A stretch of DNA of 64,000 bases, taken from contig NC_058368.1 in assembly GCF_018350175.1 (NCBI RefSeq), positions 34,164,001 to 34,228,000 on the forward strand. The letters are read 5' to 3'. The position numbers were made by a program, and so were the translations under genes. Below are positions 1-14,003 of the stretch, piece by piece; positions within the stretch are counted from its first letter, which is position 1; every line of letters begins with the position of its first letter. This DNA is from Felis catus (Eukaryota). The notes beneath the pieces were generated by a model. The model did not search any database and had not been told where the DNA came from. It saw only the letters and a program-made list of their open reading frames with translations.

Positions 1-834
1 TACAGGTAGATCTGATTCCATGTCTGTGTCTCTTGGAGCACCACACTTCAAAGTCTTGAGCACTGTTTATTTAACTTTTATAAGAAGAAAAACTTGCTTT
101 AAAACTTAAATGGTAAAAATAATTTTTTTTTCTTAGATCATTGTGAATTCCTTGGATCCACAGTTAATGTTTCCCTCTATCATTCTTTCCTCTCATCCCT
201 GTTACATGCCACCCCCACCCCCAACACACACAGAGGCTCAATCGATCAGCACTCATTGAGGTGGATCCCATATTCGAAGTATCTATTGCTTCAGAGAAAG
301 GAGTTTCCAGTGAATCTATATTATATGTACTTTTATTAAGTATTGAAAGTATGTGGAAGTCTCTGGGAAAACTTCTGCTGTTTTCAGAAGAGAACTCTGA
401 AAAACTTAATCACTTCTTACACACAAAAGACTATTGGTGAATGAAAGACATGAAAATTAATGCATTTGGAAGATGAAGTATTTTCTTTTCCATTAAAAAA
501 TTGCACACTTGTTTGTAAATACTGGACACTCCTTCAGCTGTCCTTGGATTTCGGCTAACTCTATCTAATGTAAGAACAGAATATGAGATTTCTTCAAGTG
601 GTTTGAATAGCTTGGTTCAGGTTCCTCCTGGTGAGGAACCAGGCCTTAATTAGTATTTAATGACTTTCGTTCTTCAGCATATATTTCTTCTTTTTTTCCT
701 GGCTCCTTCCTAATAAGATATAAAGTATGAAAGTATAAAAATAGGAAAAAAATCATGAAATATTCCTGTAGATTACCTATCAAAATGGTGTTTGATATTG
801 ATAGACTCCAAATAAACCTTTAAGAGTTATCATG

Positions 835-1034
835 TTTTTAAATGTTTATTTATTTTTGAGACAGGAGAGACAGAGCATGAATGGGGGAGGGTCAGAGAGA
901 GAGGGAGGCACAGAATCCAAAGCAGGTTCAAGGCTCTGAGCTGTCAGCACAGAGCCTGATGCAGGGCTCGAACTCACGGACAGTGCGATCATGATTTGAG
1001 CCAAAGTCGGAAGCTCAACCGACTGAGGTGCCCC
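835..1034 (-). mobile_element. CanSINE (tRNA-derived carnivore SINE) with a small deletion near the head
   Basis: Reverse complement shows GGGGCACC head, (CT)n tract and AAATAAA/A-rich tail; TSD aagagttatcat at 822-833 and 1035-1046. Confidence 0.95.
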
Positions 1035-2914
1035 AAGAGTTATCATTTTTTTTAAGGAAAGATCAAATTAGTCTTAAAGATAACATGAAAAAATATTGAT
1101 TTCTGTATTAAAGAATGAATACTAGACTGAACATTAGAAATATTTGACCATTTATTAATAAGAGCAAATAGTAAATTATGTTTTTAAAAGTACTGGGTTC
1201 ATGAATCAATAATGTTGAGTGCCAGTCTAGTAGCTTGGATCTATCTCTGAAAATAAAAGTGGAAAGAAACTAAATACATGAAATAATTAGGGAATTCATA
1301 TGCTCAAAATCTTGTATGTCAGACTACCCCTGTCATTACAGATTTTCATGCAATACCGCATGATTATTCAGAAAATAAAGCAACTGGAGTGGATTTGTTT
1401 CAAAGCTAATTTGTTATAGGTCTCTTTAGTTGTAATGGTAAGAGACATTAAAGTCTTACTGAATTAAAATAAAGCGGCCTTTTGTTAAACACTGAAAAAT
1501 CATTAAGTAGGGTCTGAGAAGTGAAACAAAGTTGGTGTACTAGTTTAGTTCTGAATACACAGAAGACAAATGAAAGACCATGTATTTTAAATATGAAACT
1601 TTATCATATACCCTGCTTTGAATTGAAGTCATATAAATTCAACCTTAAACACGTGGTCGTAATGGATGACACTCGTACTAGTTATTCCCAAGCTAGGACT
1701 TTAGCTACATTATTTGCATTTAGCCTTGCTAACAACTCTGCTTATATTCTTGTCAGAGTTATTATACTGCCTTCTGCAAAGAAAGGCGATATCTGTATTC
1801 TCAACCTTCTAGAACATAATAAAGAGGCAAACATTTCTGCACAAAGCCTCTTTGAGCTATTTAATTTACTTTTTTGACAAAAGGAGAATGACACTGAGAA
1901 CTCCACAAAGAACAAAAGCAATTTTTCAGGCCATGAAATGCAAATGATAATTTAATCATTCCTAGAAATACCATTTTCTTGTATTGTATTTCTAGAAATA
2001 CAAGAGAGTCATGTTCTATCTTTTCATTATAGACATGGTGTAGCTTAACCACATGATATCCTAATAAGATAATTTTCCATTTCTTAAAAAAACATTTTAA
2101 AGTTCTTATTTTAGACGTAAACTGGTCAAAGAAAAAAATCGATTAAAATTAAACCAGGAGTAAAGTTTAATCCTCTATCTCCCTGATGAATTTCTTCATC
2201 ATTGCATATTACCATTCATTCACCTAATTTTATTTTTTTCTTTCTCGTGCATTTTTATTAAAATTCTAGTTAGTTAACCTACAGTGTAATATTAGTTTCA
2301 GGTACAGTATAGTGATTCAACACTTCAATACGACATTCCGGTACTCATCACAAGTGTACTGCTAATCCCCATCACCTATTTAATTCATCCTCCCAACTCA
2401 CCTCTCTTCTGGTAACCATTAGTTTGTTCTGTATAGTTGAGAGTCAGTTTCTAGGTTTGCCTGTATCTTTTTTTTTAACCTTTACTCATTTGTTTCTTTT
2501 TTTTTTTTGTATCAAGTGTTTATTTACATTCTAGTTAGTTAACATATAGTATAATATTGGTTTCAGGAGTAGAATTTAGTGATTCATCACTTACATATAA
2601 TACCCAGTGCTCCTCACAAGTGCCCTCTTTAATACTCATCACCCATTTAGCCCATCCCCACCCAACTCCCTCCAGCAACCCTCTGTTTTCTATAGCTAAT
2701 AGTTCCCTATGGATTGCCTCTCTCTCTCATTTTTTCTTCCTTCCCCTATGTTCATCTGTTTTGTTTCTTAAATTCCACATATGAGTGAAATCAAATGGTA
2801 TTTGTCTTTCTCTGATGGACTTATTTCACTTAGCATAATACACTCTATTTCCATCCACATCACTGCAAATGGCAAGATATCATTCTTTTTGATGGCTGAG
2901 TAATATTCCATTTC

Positions 2915-2926
2915 ATATATATATAT

Positions 2927-2987
<61 letters not shown>
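2915..2987. repeat. (TA)n/(TACA) microsatellite inside L1
   Basis: Direct reading. Confidence 0.95.
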
Positions 2988-2989
<2 letters not shown>

Positions 2990-3229
2990 GTAAAACCTTG
3001 GTTTGCAAGCATAATTCATTCCAGAAACATGCTTACAATCTAAAGCACTTGTATATCAAAGCAAATTTCAAGGACCATTGGCTCAGTTGTGCTTATGTGC
3101 CATTCGGTGTCACGTACTACTCATATTGCAAAACATTGCTCCTTTTTCAAGTTAAAATTTATGAGAAATGTTTGCTTGTCTTGTGGAACACTTGAAGAAA
3201 AAGTTAACTTGCAGTCCAAGGTTTTACTA
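2988..3229. mobile_element. Tigger-like (Tc1/mariner-pogo) non-autonomous DNA transposon/MITE
   Basis: Terminal inverted repeats tagtaaaaccttggtttgcaag (2988-3009) and cttgcagtccaaggttttacta (3208-3229), 20/22 match; sits in TA-rich context. Confidence 0.85.
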
Positions 3230-5249
3230 TGTGTATACATATTATGTATACACACCTGTTCTTTATTGATTCATCAGCCAATAGACATTTGGGCGCCCTC
3301 CATAATTTGCCTCCTGTTGATAATATAGCTATAAACATTGGGGTGCATGTGCCCCTTTGAAGGAGTATTTTTGAAGCCTTTGGGAAAATACCTAGTAGCG
3401 CAATTGCCTGGGCATGGGATAGTTCTATTTTTAACTTTCTGGGGAACCTCTACTATTTTCTAAAGTGGCTGCACCAGTTTGCATTCTCACCAGCAGTGTA
3501 AGGGTTCCTCTTTCTCTACATTCTTTCATTCACCTAATTTTAGAAAGACATGAATATCTTTATTAAAGGAGATTTTTAATAATCCTCCATATATATATGG
3601 AATTCATAAAATCACTGGATAGTCGGGTGGATGGGAATGATCACAGAAATATTACATGTACTTGTATTGTTAAACTGACAATGGTTACCAGTAACAATAA
3701 TATAATATTTTATATAAAATATTTAAAATAAATATTTGTGGGTAAAAAACTTATATGTTAGAAAGACAGAATTATGATATTTTATTTATGATGGTTGGCA
3801 TTGTACTTTCCCAGGGCAATATTTCAACAGAAGCTTATAAAATATTAAGTGATGCTCTAGATCCCAGAAGACCTAGAATTCCCCTATGTGAGAGAAAGCA
3901 ACAGGGAAGGAACCCTCTGGTGTTGACATCAACTCCATATTTTAGGGCAGATAATCTTGTGCAATCCTAGACTAAAGAGGCCATGGGCTGTTAGGTTGAT
4001 TCATGAAACAAGGTATCCTCTCTTCCTTCATTCATATACACACATGCTGACCCAGGGAATAGCCTTGACGTTTGCCACAATAAACATTTGGAATATTGCA
4101 TTCGTACTGCCCTGTGTCTCTTTTAATTTACCTCTGTGACCAATGAAACAAACTGGTTCTCCACTTCAAATATATGGGTGATGGTTAGTTCACCTAAAGC
4201 CATCTTCTCCCTTTAGTATTATACCATTCTACTTGACTGTCATGTTTATTCCTCATATTTGAAATACAGTGCATTGTCTTTCCTGTTCAAGTTATTCCTT
4301 TGACTTCTCTAATTCTGTTAAAGGCTGGAAATTAGGACTCTGCTTTTCTATGATCTCCAAATCAGAGTTACAAATCCTTCTTGTCCTTCCTGTATCACTT
4401 TTTTTTTTCATTTTTATTTTTATTATTTATTGATCTCCATGGCGGCAGTCATTGGCATTCGGTAGTTTCTTGAAGTGCCCATCATCGTATCCATCCCACC
4501 CCATCCTCTAAAATTTATCTTAAACAGGAGATCATCCTCTTGAGCAGTACTCTGATGACAGCACTCTCTCCTGGAGATGCCATAATTATTGTTCTGCATG
4601 TGACAATAAGGTGTTCATATTTACTAACACAAAATTGTACAAAATGATCCTTAATAACTTTTAGTGTTTTTTATTGGTATTTGTTTACATCTAATCACTT
4701 TATTATATTTAGTTTTTTGTATTATTTTCCTTTTTTTCTTGATTTGATCTTTTTGTTATTACTTTTAAATGTATGTTTTATTAGCATTATACTAGTATTT
4801 TATAATTTTCTTTTACATACTTGATTTTCAGTTACTTCTATATTTTATGATATGTATCATTGTATTTTTCTCATTTTTATTGATACACACTTCTAAATTT
4901 AATTTAATTTTGAAAAATTTGAGTGTGGTTAACACATGATGTTACATTAGTTTCAAGTGTAAAACATAGCAATGCAACAAGTTTATACATTATGCTGAGT
5001 TTAACACGTTTGATACATACTGTTAAAAATATTCTTAAAATTTATTTCTAACAGTGTTTAAAATTAATATAATCCTCAGAGATTCTCAAATGACTACTGA
5101 ACAAAATCCAAACACCTTAGGCCATAGTTAAGAATTTTCAGTCTCACCTCAAACTATTTTCTAGCTTTTGCACCAGTGGGATTTCTTTTCAAACTTGACT
5201 TTTTCTTCTTTCCATGATCTCTGGTTAAAGCCATCTTATTTTTCTCTCT

Positions 5250-5710
5250 GTATTAGTGCACTCAGCTCCTAACTGGCTTTCCTGCTTACACTCCTGTCTC
5301 TCCCTTTATTCCCAACACAGCCACCGTTGATCCTGCTAGAACAAATATGGTTATTTCATTTTTCCACTCCAAACCCTCCCAAGGTTGTCATTTTCACTCA
5401 GAATAAAACCCAAGTATTCGTAGGAGCCCGCAAAGCTACAGTCTGACCCTGCTGTCTCCCTGATTTCATCTCCCACCAGTTTCTCCAACCCACTCAACCC
5501 TCAAACCGTGATCCCCTCTGGCAGAACATCTCCTGTCCCCTTTGCACTCCCTTTATACGCTGTATTGTACTTATTTGTGTCTCTCTTGCTTCTCCTGCTG
5601 GTTTATAAGCTTTTAAAAGGTGGAGAAAATTCATTTTTCACCTTATATCTGGAATACTGCCCCACCAATATCTAAAGGCTTAGACAAATATGTACATGAT
5701 GTGACAATAA
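5250..5710 (+). mobile_element. Degraded L2 LINE 3' fragment
   Basis: ctcctaactggctttcctgct...cacagccaccgttgatcc...cactcagaataaaacccaa resembles the L2 3' region. Confidence 0.65.
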
Positions 5711-7084
5711 ACGCATGTTGACTCGTGATAAATGAAGTTAAAGTGTTTAATTCATGGTGGGCACAAAATGACGTTATATTAAAAAGCAATTTAAATCAGT
5801 ATTTAAAAAATTAATTACAAATGGTTTTTCTCATAAGATTTATATGAAATAAATCATTTAAATATATACAGTTTTCCACAAATGAGTGTAGACCCTAGAC
5901 AAGCAAAATCCCACATATGTCTTCAGTCTTTAATAATTTCCTGAGTCTGTTGGTTTGAGGATGTATTTATATACTACATGCAGCATGCCAGAAACTACCA
6001 AGAATAACAGTCTTTTCTCACATCCTTCTGCTCAGATCTCAGAGTCTGGAAATGTAATGAACAGATACTTCGATCAGCCCTGCTTACGTGTTGTGTATAA
6101 ACCTGACATTGATCAGAGTGGCAAAAACATAAATTTGGGCTGGTTTTATTACTGAACAGCACAGCTCGAGTGTGTGAGTCTCTGAGAGTCATTAGTTTCC
6201 TGCAGAATGTATCCTGCAATCCTTGCAAAGGAATATGCTTCCAACTGAAAGGCAGATCTTGCTTCCTCACATTGAGTGAGAGCTCCATGACTTAGCTGTG
6301 TGCTGTTTTTGGAAAATTTGTCTGTAGAAAATTAAATAAACCTTTTGTTCGTTTGTTCGTTTGTTTTCTAAAGTGTGAGAACATTTGGGAAAATTGACAC
6401 TTCTGAAAGAAACACACTGCAAAAACCATTTTGTGTAGTTTTCTCTTATTGGTCGTAACTACGTTATCATTCCCCTATTGGATTCCCAAAGAATACAGAC
6501 GGGAAGGAATGTATTTCTAGTTTTGCTTGAGTTTTCAGAGCTTCATCTTTTAATAATGCTAATCACTTTTGAAAACCTCAGAAAACATTTTCTTTGGCAT
6601 GTTTCTTAAAAAAGAAACCAAACCTTTCTTTAATGATGAGAAAGATTCCTGTCTTAGATTTTGTGATGTCAATTCTTATGCAGATATTAGTGACCAGAGA
6701 GCCAACAGAGAGCTTGGTGTCCCAATTCTGCAACCAGCGATTAGTTAACTCTGTCAACTTCCAGGCAAAGTGTTAGTAGATAGCAAACCATTTCAGTGAG
6801 ACATAGCAAATCGTGCAATTCATTTATGTTAAAAAGCTTTTGTTTCTCAGAGTTAAAACAGCAATAATAATAATAATACTCCTGCCAAAGTAATACTGTT
6901 AGCATTAAGTGAAATAATGTATTTAATAGATTTAGCACAGTGCCTGGTGTAAAGTAAGGAACTGGTAATTTGTGTTAGTCTTCTCCTAGTTTTGATTTTT
7001 TTTTTCCCTCGCCTGCTTTCCTGTTTCTTTCTCCTACTCCAACGGTAGTCAACCAATGGCTAGTTTGTAGCACCCATCCCCCAC

Positions 7085-7237
7085 CCCCAAGTATTTGGCA
7101 AGGTCTAGAGACATTTTGCCTGTCATAACTGGGAAGGGTGGCTATTGGCCTCTAGTGAGGGTCGTACATTGCACAAGACAGGTCTCCAAAGTAAGAATTA
7201 TTTGTCCTCAAATGTTTTTGTGCCAAGGTCTGAAATG
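7085..7237. mobile_element. MER20-like hAT-Charlie MITE fragment
   Basis: atttggcaaggtctagagacattttg..tgtcataactggg...aagaattat..tcctcaaatgt..tgtgccaagg resembles the MER20 consensus. Confidence 0.75.
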
Positions 7238-7440
7238 TCATTGTGGCAAGGTTGTAAATCTCTACCTTAGTCTATATCTTTCTCCCCATATGCTTACTTT
7301 CCTCATCTCATTCTCTTGTTGCCATCTTATTTTCCTTTTATTTATTATATTTTTGTCTCTATGCCTTCACAGCAATATTTAAGTAAACATTCACACTTGA
7401 ATCTTGTTTTACTTTTATGTCTTTAAAGTATTTTTTAAGG

Positions 7441-7656
7441 TTTTTTTTTAATGTTTATTTATTCTTGAGACAGAGAGAGATAGAGCATAAGTTGAGGAGA
7501 GGCAGAGAGACAGGGAGACACAGAATCAGAAACAGGCTCCATCCAGGCTCTGAGCTGTCAGCACAGAGCCTGACCTGGAACTTGAACTCACAAGCCGTGA
7601 GATCATGACCTGAGCCGAAGTACGACGCCTAACTGACTGAGCCACCCAGGCGCCCC
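7441..7656 (-). mobile_element. CanSINE
   Basis: Ends with gagccacccaggcgcccc; T-rich tail at left; no clear TSD. Confidence 0.95.
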
Positions 7657-7697
7657 ATAATATCTCTATGAGAAATGACCACATTATTCTCATACTG

Positions 7698-8283
7698 GTA
7701 TTGAGAGAGACGGTTGCCATGGGCCCTGAGCATCAATGAACTTCCTAGCTGAGTGTGCCAAACATCCAGGGTTCTCCTCCCCAGACCCTGAGCAGTTTAA
7801 TCAAAGTGACCAGAACCTGTTTACGATGCGATTGCTTGCTCCCTAAGGGAGTGCAACTGACTTGTTTACTGCCTACTACAAGAAATGCTGGACCCTTGAC
7901 CTTGGATTGTTCAGTTGTAGAACTGGGTGCAAATCCTCCACCTAAGCCATTGTGTCACCCTGTGGACTTGAGGGCAAGGAGAACCACCACTACCACGGTA
8001 ATACTCGCATCGTTGGCTTAACTGTGAGTAATCAGCTGTCCTGCTCTGATGCATTTATTATCTACCTTTTTTTTTTTAATAGGCTTCATGCCCAGTGCAG
8101 AGCCCAATGCAGGGCTTGAACACATGACCTTGAGATCAAGACCCTGATATCAAGAATCAGACACTTAACCAACAAGAGCCACCCAGGCGCCCCTTATTAT
8201 CTACTTTTGGCACTAGAGAGCTGTGGCAGGTCTACTCCTCTGTTATCCTCTGTGAGGTTGAGATTTTTCCCTAATTGAACAAC
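7698..8283 (+). mobile_element. ERVL-class solo LTR (MER73/MER74/MER88-like), interrupted by a short SINE
   Basis: Start gagagacggttgccatgggccctgagcat...gctgagtgtgccaa resembles this LTR group. Confidence 0.6.
8067..8193 (-). mobile_element. Short CanSINE lacking the (CT)n tract
   Basis: gagccacccaggcgcccc head, poly-T tail, TSD ttattatctac on both sides. Confidence 0.9.
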
Positions 8284-8941
8284 TGGATAAACCTGGCTGT
8301 TCAGAGAGCTCTGTAGCATTCAATTCGTAAGGTCTTTTTTTTTTTTTTCTTTTTCTATTGCAATGCTATAGTAATTGATCATAATAGATTTATTTCATCA
8401 CCATATCAATCATTAGTCATTATCCCTGGAAGGGCCAACATATGAACACAGATCTCTCTGACTGCAAATTCCATGGGCTTTACACCACACTAAGTATGGT
8501 TACTTTGGTTTTATTGTAATCCCTTTTAGCCCCTCTACAGAAACCTTTTCACATTTTAGATTTGCTAATACCTCTGCCTTAAATTGTAATGACTCCTTAA
8601 ATATGTGGTTGTACTTCTACTCTGCGACACTGTGAATTCTTTAAAATCTGAGTCTTAGTAATATTTGGATTTGGGCGCTACAAACCTAGAAAATGCCAGA
8701 AACATAGTAGGATCTCCATATTTAGTACAACTGAGACAGCAATATATACTATATTATTAGACATGATTTTGTTAGTTGTAAATATAATTTTGATATTGTG
8801 GAAGATTTTGGTAAAAACTATTTTATGAATACTATTTTGAATATATCTCAGCATTATATACTTCCAGGTGAGCTCATCATTATGCAATCTAAAAATCCCA
8901 GGCTGAGCTCCCATATAACAGGGCAAAATAGTGCACCTGTT

Positions 8942-9136
8942 GGGACGCCTGGATGGCTCAGTCAGTTAAGTGTCCGACTCTTGATTTCAACTTAGGTCAT
9001 GATCTCATGGTTCATGGGATTGAGCCTTGCATCGGGATTGCTTGGGATTCTCTCTCTCCCTCTCTCTGTGCCCATCCCCTGTCATGCTCTTGTCTCTCTC
9101 TCTCTCTCTCTCTCTCAAAATAAATAAATGAATTAA
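8942..9136 (+). mobile_element. CanSINE
   Basis: gggacgcctggatggctcagtcagttaag head, (CT)n, aaataaa tail; TSD aaaatagtgca(c/t)ctgtt. Confidence 0.95.
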
Positions 9137-12100
9137 AAAAATAGTGCATCTGTTGACACATCACAGAAGAAGGGATATGGTCCTTCCAAGATTGGTCCTG
9201 ACATTGAAATCATGTGAAGAAAGTCACACTCAAGTAATTGTTTCAACTCTTTGGGGAGGGGGGAGGCGCTATTTCTCCAGCTTTAGCCAGTATTAATTCA
9301 TTTATTTCCTTTTTTATTTTTCTATTTTAATGTCTCCCTCACTTTGATTTTAGTATATCATTGCTAAAAAATACTTTTTGTCTATCATCTATCTATCTAA
9401 TCATCTATCTATCTAAAATCAGAGTTTTACAACTCATTTGAACATTCAACTGCTTTAGCAGGAAAAATGTTATTGTGCCATAAGCTGGAAGAAAAAAAGA
9501 AAAGGTTTCCAAACAGATTGATAACAGATTTATTAACTTTTTACTTGATACTGAAATCCTTCATTTTCTTATGCTCAAAATAATAAGCAAAAAATGAAGC
9601 ATGGCTCTAGGCCTCATTTTGGTATTGGTACCATCCTCCAGGGTTGTTCATACATAAGTTCTCCTCAAGAATAAATGTTTTACATTGTCCAGAGGAGAAA
9701 CTTTTCTTTTTTAAAAAGTCAGTGGGAGTTTTTCAGCTCTGTAGGGAAGATTCTTGGGCAGCTACCATAAGTGACACTTTAATCACAAATGCCTACTCAG
9801 CACAGTTCCTCTGCCATAACGTGTTACACAGTTTAAATAAATGTAATTTTTTAAAGCTTATAGCTAATTCTGACTCAGTGAGCATAAAATAAATGATTTA
9901 AATAATGTTCTTAGTGAAAAATCAATATTTTCCAGTTTTTCAGAGCACTGTATGTAACATAATAAATGGAAAATAAGATTTGCATTATACCTTCTTCAAG
10001 GACTTTTTAAGGAGCCACACGAAGCATAGACCTGATTGTCTTATACCTTGTGTCCTTAGGATAGGTCAAAAGAAAAGAGTTTTCAAAACTAGCTTTACAT
10101 ATCCTGCAAATAATGTGTTTGCCATTAATCATAAACACAGAGAACAGTATAATATTTCATTTAAACAGGGAAAATGAGCAAGTAGAACAGGCAAGTAAAT
10201 TTGTAAATGCGGCCTCTTCATTTAATCTTCTATAGGATTATTCCTGAGTTTTGGAAGCTCTATTGAACTCTTATAATCATTAAGAGCAAAGAGGAGGTGA
10301 CCTTATAAAGCTTGTTCTCTTTGTGCTTTGAGTTATGTGCGTTAAACTTCTAGTTAAACTTCCCAATCATTGGGTCACTTTAGCCATATAACCCCATTAA
10401 AGGCAACCTGATACCTAATATATTGGACAGACATGGTTTATCACAAACATTTTGAAACCACACTTTCCTTACCGTCACTGATACCCGGGCTCCAACTTCC
10501 ATGTCTGTGCTGTGTTTGTCTAGCTTTGATTTTGAGGCCATTGAATTGAGTCTGTGTGCTCTGACATGTCTAGTACATTATGGGATAATTGAGGTCTAAT
10601 CGGCTGGAGTCTTCCAGTGTGCAAGTTACTTCCTGGAAATAAGTTAGCACACAGGGAACTGCACTCCTTTCTGGTCACTAGCAAACCATTTAGCAAATTG
10701 CCAATGCAATGGGCTCAATGATACTCCAGTGCCCTGAATAAGTTAATTGCAAATTAGAAGATACCTAACTCACTCTCATGACCTAACTGAAAATAGGAAT
10801 ATGGGCACTTTGGCTTGCCTCTGAGCATTGACTTGATGTATTAAGTACTCTGAACTTCTTAAAACTTCTATGTAAATGAGCAAGGTTTCTCAGTTTCGCT
10901 TGCCCTTTTATTCTTTGGAGTGTCCTTCCCCTCCAGGGACATAGAAGATAAAACTATCCCTCTACTTGTTTCTATCTTTTGGGAATCTTCTGTTCAGCTG
11001 TTGGCAAAAAAAAAAAAAAAAAATCCCATTATCTTACCTTGATGGCAGAAGGAAGCTGTGTCAGGTTTGGGAAAGGTAGCACTATGCATCTGAATATGGA
11101 GGGTGAAATGGGAGTAGCATGCAATCCCATGATTTTTCTAGGTTTTCTGAGACTGTTTTAAATACTTCAGTATATAAGCTAATGATGCTTACATTCTATT
11201 TAGAGGCGGAGGAAATCAATACACTGTACCTTTTCCTAACATATTTCAATCAATAAAACATGCAATTGAAGACACATGAGGTCTGGGCCCTTCAATCAAC
11301 TGTTATGAAAGATAAGTTTTGGAAAGGGATAAAGGCAAATAAGAAGGGAATAGACCAGGGCTTACACCATCTTTCCTGAATGGCATCTTGGCCTTTGAAC
11401 AATGCCAATTAATATTTTCTTTTTAACATAAAATAATTCTGTTCGTCATCAAACGACAATTTGACTGTGGAACCATGTTGAATTACAGGACTTGGAGATG
11501 TTGGGGCTCATGGGGAGAAATGTGCATACTTTTGGAACAACTCAATCAGGGAAAGGATATGCTCTCTGGAATCAGAGAGCTTGACTTTGTCCCTAAAATT
11601 ACAGCGGCTGGCAGGCATGGGGTGCTTCCCCAAACCCTTTAGGACAACCCTTTATGATAACCCTATTATCTTCCATTCCATTTACAAGAAGACAGCTATC
11701 CTATGATAAGTCTTAAGTAACATAATTAACTCTAAGTTTCTAAATTTTAAAGGAAAAAGTAATATGCATCATTTTGCAAGAATATTGATAGGACTGTTGG
11801 CATTACTATTTGCTGTGCCACTGAAATATGTAACTGGATATCCAGAAATACAACTAAAAAAAAGATTATCAAAGCATATGGAATTCTTAAACTGTCTAAA
11901 TCAAAACAGCAGAAAAAACTATCTATATTCCTCCACACCTACCTATATTCAGAAATGATATTCAATACATACATATAAGCGTGTGTGTGTATATATATAT
12001 ATATTCCTATATATATTCTTATGTGTGCCTACGTGTGAATGTATGTACATATAATTATTGAAGCATGCAAATGGGGAAACAATTGCACCACACAACAATA

Positions 12101-12224
12101 TATATACTCCTCAGATAAATTCTTTATTTCAGCTAAAGATGGTGGAAGGATCTTATGATTTTTCAGAATTTATTCTTAACTCTGCATTCCTTTAAGAAAC
12201 CAAGCCTTTTATATCCTATTATAG

Positions 12225-12228
<4 letters not shown>

Positions 12229-12272
<44 letters not shown>

Positions 12273-12350
12273 GATATTTGTAATTAGGATACATATAATA
12301 GGATATATCTATCTATACCTATATCTATATCTGTATCTATATCTATATCT
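12229..12350. repeat. (TA)n and (TATATC)n simple repeats
   Basis: Direct reading. Confidence 0.9.
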
Positions 12351-13332
12351 CCATTCATTTAGGAAAGAGTAGGATCAATCACTGCATTTTCCTGGGACCG
12401 TCAAGATCCTCCATTTTCTTCTGGAAGATCAGCGTTTATAAATCACTTGCTTCCTAAGCAAGCACTTAATAGACATCATATCTTCGAATGTCACAACATT
12501 CTGGTGAGGGTAAATAAGGAGAAAATAGCATTCTTCTCACTGATCAGAATCTGAGGCCTTTGGTTGTGCTACTGAAAAACAGTGATGCCTGCCTGAAATC
12601 ACACAGTGAACTTAGAACAATAATTATAACCCAGGGGCAGTAGTCTCACTGCTGTGATTGGCAACTGGTTTCTCAGTGCAGTTGAATGTCCTTTACCTTT
12701 TTCTGAGGAGGTATGAGAGATGGGACATTTATGATATAAATAGGTACATATTTCTTCCAGCAATACCCTTACAGGTTAATGTGACTTTTATTTGCACGCT
12801 CAAATTCCTCAGATTTAAGCAGCCCACAGCCTAAACAAACAAAAAAAAAATAACATTCATCATATTTCTGCTTGAATTTTATTTTTCGAAAGCCCTTCTC
12901 TTTCTACCTGAGTCAAACTGTGTCAACCAAGATGACAAATTATTTTTCTTTTGTTTGGCCACCCTCAATATATATCTGTAATCATGTACAGTTTTTTTTC
13001 TGGGAACGTTATGACATTTCCATGTGATTTGTTTTCTGGGTAAAAGGACTCTTTTATTATGAAAAGGGTTACTACCAGGGTTAGCAATATTAATGCATAA
13101 TGTCAGATGTGGTTGTTTGGACATTATAGTGGAGGTTGCTTACAGCTGCCCTGAGTGTTTATTGTCGGCTGTGAATTAATCTGCTGTTCTAATGTGACAT
13201 GTTCGGTAAAATGACATGGATCACTGGCTGGTGGAAGGTCCCTGCTATAACAATATGAAGTAAATAAAAAATGATTCTTCCCAGTCTAAAATGTTCCCAA
13301 ACCTCGTCCATATTAAAAATACATGGAGCGTT

Positions 13333-13462
13333 GGGGCGCCTGGGTGGCTCAGTCGGTTTAACATCTTACTTCAGCTCACATCATGATCTCACGGTTCGTG
13401 GGTTTGAGCCCCACGTTGGGCTCTGCACTGATGGTGTGGAGCCTGGAACCTGCTTTGAATTC

Positions 13463-13493
<31 letters not shown>

Positions 13494-13560
13494 GCCCCTC
13501 CCTCACTTGTGTATGCTCTCTCTCTCTCTCTCTTGCAAATAAGTAAATAAATGTAAAAAG
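13333..13560 (+). mobile_element. CanSINE
   Basis: ggggcgcctgggtggctcagtcgg head; TSD-like ttaaaaa(t/c)acatgga. Confidence 0.95.
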
Positions 13561-14003
13561 TTAAAAACACATGGAATGTTGAGTAATAATTCTTTTTATA
13601 ACACACTATAATGATATTTAATACTTGTTAAAGCCAATTGCCAATAACCCCTCCCACACCGGGAAGAACACCACCTTGCTGAGTTTCATAAAAATCTAGT
13701 TTCCTAAGAATACTCATCTGGCACTTTCTATTGGGACTAATTTAAAGTTTTATATCCTTTTTAAAAGTTCCAATAGTCTGATGAGAATGCATGTGGTTGT
13801 ACAAACTTGTTTCTACTGATCACTTTCACGAATTCAGAATATGTGGGATTCAACTTGTATCTTAAACAAAGACCTGGATTGTTAAATAGTACAATTATTT
13901 AAAGCATCGTTTTCATAATTTGAGAGGTTCCCTTAAAAAAAGACATAAGGGTTGAATGTGGGGCAGACAGACTGAGCCTCACTGTAGGAGAAGTGGCTCA
14001 TTG

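Larger units (their letters stand above)
2233..3524 (-). mobile_element. Carnivore L1 3' end/ORF2 C-terminal fragment; composite with two 3' ends, interrupted by a MITE
   Basis: Minus translation MEYYSAIKKNDILPFA...MLSEISPSEKDKY is the L1 ORF2 C-terminus; 18-bp TSD ttcattcacctaatttta at 2215-2232 and 3525-3542. Confidence 0.92.

Noticed and set aside
2768..3019. 83-aa ORF with a YIYIYI run
   Set aside because: It is a (TA)n microsatellite fused to an L1 ORF2 C-terminal remnant.
3755..3970. 71-aa ORF with an acceptor-like ctttcccag and donor-like gtgaga
   Set aside because: The splice signals are weak, the peptide is unrecognised, and there is no supporting gene structure.
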